From assembly GCA_017542485.1 (NCBI GenBank), contig JAFXXC010000001.1:20285-84284 (forward strand): a stretch of 64,000 nt of DNA. Direction: 5' to 3'. Source of the DNA: Acholeplasmatales bacterium. GTDB taxonomy: Bacteria > Bacillota_I > Bacilli_A > Acholeplasmatales > Anaeroplasmataceae. The position numbers and the translations under genes are program-made. A model generated the notes under the pieces. The model worked only from the letters and a program-made list of their open reading frames with translations. It was not told where the DNA came from and ran no database searches. Of the stretch, positions 61,561 through 64,000 are shown piece by piece; positions within the stretch are counted from its first letter, which is position 1; each line of letters opens with the position of its first letter.

Positions 61561-61665
61561 TTAATTGTCACTAATTCTTTTATAGTCACACATGACATTA
61601 TGACTCCATTTTATTAAGTTACACATTCGGGCATAGCCCATACATCGATTATATAAATAAATCAT
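61561..61665 (-). CDS. Candidate Cys/Met-rich leader peptide (34 aa)
   Basis: AAGGTGA RBS; MIYLYNRCMGYARMCNLIKWSHNVMCDYKRISDN; lies between the promoter and metY. Confidence 0.6.
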   Translation of the reverse strand: MIYLYNRCMGYARMCNLIKWSHNVMCDYKRISDN

Positions 61666-61694
61666 AATATCACCTTTTCTTTCTTTTTCATCCT

Positions 61695-61752
61695 ATTCCT
61701 ATGGTTTTAGTAGGATTAACATTATTATAAAACCTATCACTTTCTTTGTCAA
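61695..61752 (-). promoter_or_regulatory. Sigma-A promoter plus Rrf2/CymR-like operator 1
   Basis: TTGACA (61752-61747)-17 nt-TATAAT (61729-61724); TCCTA-N9-TAGGA palindrome within 61695-61717, at the predicted +1. Confidence 0.7.
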
Positions 61753-61813
61753 TAGTATTTTTATAATTTTTAAAAAAGAAAAATGAGCAATAAAATTGCT
61801 CAATTCTCAAAAA

Positions 61814-62218
61814 TTAAATATAATAATTATTTATATAATAGTTACTATAATCATCAACTAAATTAGATAAAGTGATATTTGATAATTTATCTTTTACAAA
61901 ACTATTATATTCATCCCAAAATTTTAATAAGTTTTTTTGATCATAATTTACATCAATACTTCCATCAACTGATGTTATTATTTCATATACATTATAATCT
62001 TCTATTCTTTTTGTTAATTGATATCCTCCATTATTTCCTCTAAATGATTTTAACAAGCCACTCTTTGTCAATAAAGATATTACTTGTTCTAAATACTTAG
62101 CAGGAATATCTTCGTTTTTAGAAATATCTTTAATTTTAACAATTTTGTCATTATTAATTGCTATATATATCATAGCCTTTAATGCATAATTACTCTTACT
62201 AGATATCACATCACTCAC
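61814..62218 (-). CDS. Rrf2 regulator (Cys-free, CymR-like)
   Basis: SSKSNYALK, YLEQ, RGNNGGY; no Cys; C-terminal NYYI. Confidence 0.88.
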   Translation of the reverse strand: MSDVISSKSNYALKAMIYIAINNDKIVKIKDISKNEDIPAKYLEQVISLLTKSGLLKSFRGNNGGYQLTKRIEDYNVYEIITSVDGSIDVNYDQKNLLKFWDEYNSFVKDKLSNITLSNLVDDYSNYYINNYYI

Positions 62219-63335
62219 CCCTAATCAAAGATAAACATATCTCTGCAGATTTTATAAATTCATCTACTTTAAAATATTCATTTGTTGTATGAATATTATT
62301 CATTGCATTAGATATAACTGCACATTCAATTCCATATTTATTAATACTATTAGCATCACTGCCTCCAAATGTTGTAATATGTGATGCCTTGCCAAGTCCT
62401 AATGAATCTAATGCATATTGATATTTTTTAACAATATATGAATCACTACTTAACTTATATGATTTTATCATTTCTTTAAGCTCAAATGTTACACTTGCAT
62501 CAACTTTGCTTGCTTCTTCAAATAAAACCTTTTTTATTAAATTAGCTTCATTAATAGCTTTATCATCAACTAAACTTCTAATTTCTCCTTCTAATATAAC
62601 CTCATCTGGAATTATATTTTTACCATTACCTCCAGATATTAAACCTATATTAGCAGTAGTTTCTTTATCTATTCTTCCTAATTTCAATTTTGAAATTGCC
62701 AAAGATGCTATAACAATAGCAGAAATTCCCTTTTCAGGCTCAAATCCTGCATGAGCACTTTTACCATTTATCACTGCTTTAAATTGATATATTGATGGTG
62801 CTTCTAATGCGATAGTTCCAACATTACCAGATAAATCTAAGACATATCCATATTTTGATTTTATTTTGCTAAAATCAAATACTGATGAACCTCTACAATA
62901 AGGTTCTTCTGCAATAAAGAATACTACTTCAATATCAGGATGCTTTAATTTGTTTTCTTTTACAACTGTTAAAGCTTCTAATATTGATACAATACCAGTT
63001 ACATCATCAGCTCCTAGTACTGTTTTACCATCTGATGTCACCTTCCCATTTTCATCAATAATTGCTACTTTACCAATTCCTGGAGATACAGTATCCATAT
63101 GTGCTGATAATAAAATTGAATCCCCTTCTATATTACCCTTTAAAAAACCATATATATTTCCTGTAGCTTTTAAATTAGGATTTAATAATATGCCAGCATT
63201 ATCTATCTCAACTTGTAACCCTAATTCAACTAATTTATCAAATAAATACTTTGATATCTCAAATTCTTTAAATGATTCTGAATCAAAAGACACAAGTTTT
63301 TTAAACTCATCTAGCATTCTATTCTTATCAACCAT
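62211..63335 (-). CDS. M20 family peptidase (peptidase T-like)
   Basis: SAHMDTV, LGADD, AEE, GGSDAN, HTTNE. Confidence 0.9.
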   Translation of the reverse strand: MVDKNRMLDEFKKLVSFDSESFKEFEISKYLFDKLVELGLQVEIDNAGILLNPNLKATGNIYGFLKGNIEGDSILLSAHMDTVSPGIGKVAIIDENGKVTSDGKTVLGADDVTGIVSILEALTVVKENKLKHPDIEVVFFIAEEPYCRGSSVFDFSKIKSKYGYVLDLSGNVGTIALEAPSIYQFKAVINGKSAHAGFEPEKGISAIVIASLAISKLKLGRIDKETTANIGLISGGNGKNIIPDEVILEGEIRSLVDDKAINEANLIKKVLFEEASKVDASVTFELKEMIKSYKLSSDSYIVKKYQYALDSLGLGKASHITTFGGSDANSINKYGIECAVISNAMNNIHTTNEYFKVDEFIKSAEICLSLIRGE

Positions 63336-63360
63336 ATTACCATCTCCACTTCTTTTTTAA

Positions 63361-64000
63361 TTAAATAACTTTCTCATCTTTTAGTGAACTATATAAATTA
63401 TCTAATGCTTTTTCTAATATAGCCTTAGGACAGGCTATATTTATTCTTTCGTAATATTTTCCACAATTACCAAATATATTACCTGAATCTAACCATAATT
63501 TTGCTTTATTTAATATAATGTCATTTAATCTCTCATCGCTAATTCCTAATCCACTACAATCAAGCCATATAAGGTATGTTCCTTCTGGTTCAATTAATTT
63601 AATTTGAGGAATAAATCTATTTAAATAATCTCTAATATAATTTAGATTAGATTCCAAATATATAATTAATTCCTTAAGCCAATCATTTCCATACCTATAT
63701 GCTGCTTCAGAAGCAATTATCCCCATAACATTAGATTGACTATATCCTGTATCATAAATACTACGTCTAACTAATCTTCTATATTTGTCATTTTTAATAA
63801 ATAAATTACCATTATGTAATCCAGCTAAATTAAATGTTTTTGATGGTGCAATACAAATAATTGCATCATCATCAATATTAGCATATGAAACAAATTTATT
63901 ATTTGAATATATGAAATCAGCATGTATTTCATCCGAAATAACTATTACATTATGTTTTTTAGTTATTTCCTTTATTTTAATTAATTCTTCATATTTCCAT
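63361..64000 (-). CDS. PatB/MalY-type PLP C-S lyase, 5' part outside the window
   Basis: Frame continues upstream of the listed ORF through ISDEIHAD and APSKTFNLAGL; ERINIACP near the C-terminus. Confidence 0.9.
   Translation of the reverse strand, partial: WKYEELIKIKEITKKHNVIVISDEIHADFIYSNNKFVSYANIDDDAIICIAPSKTFNLAGLHNGNLFIKNDKYRRLVRRSIYDTGYSQSNVMGIIASEAAYRYGNDWLKELIIYLESNLNYIRDYLNRFIPQIKLIEPEGTYLIWLDCSGLGISDERLNDIILNKAKLWLDSGNIFGNCGKYYERINIACPKAILEKALDNLYSSLKDEKVI

Overview
Very AT-rich bacterial chromosome segment using the standard genetic code, with almost all genes on the minus strand. Gene content and order suggest a small-genome, low-GC Bacilli lineage such as Acholeplasmatales/Anaeroplasma; this is inference, not tested. 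The core backbone is pgk-HPr-tpiA, tsaE-tsaB-rimI-ybaK-tsaD, dnaE, fakA-recG-plsX-rnc-dnaD-nth, rpmB, rpsP-khpA and rlmB-sigH-rpmG-secE-nusG. It also holds a preQ1-riboswitch-controlled queD-queE-folE-queC-queF operon and a sulfur cluster (patB, M20 peptidase, two Rrf2 regulators, metY, cysK). Accessory content includes a DUF1538/two PII-like/KdpD-like kinase operon, c-di-GMP enzymes (one GGDEF, two HD-GYP), a PadR-DUF1700-DUF4097 operon, an orphan tyrosine recombinase, an RRNPP-like regulator with an Ig-repeat surface protein, and tandem lipoproteins. The most notable unannotated signals are: (i) a 1.4-kb enzyme-less element (Phd/PIN TA plus GNAT) bounded by an 18-bp duplication of the cysK 3' end, whose predicted circle junction is flanked by inverted repeats; (ii) a 34-aa Cys/Met-rich uORF (RCMGYARMC) ahead of metY; (iii) two promoter-to-terminator ORF-less units resembling regulated sRNAs, one with a Fur box and one with cre-like sites; (iv) several proteins with key catalytic or cofactor residues replaced (FakA Zn site, YugP HExxH, MocR PLP lysine, HPr Arg17). 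No rRNA, tRNA or CRISPR array was seen.
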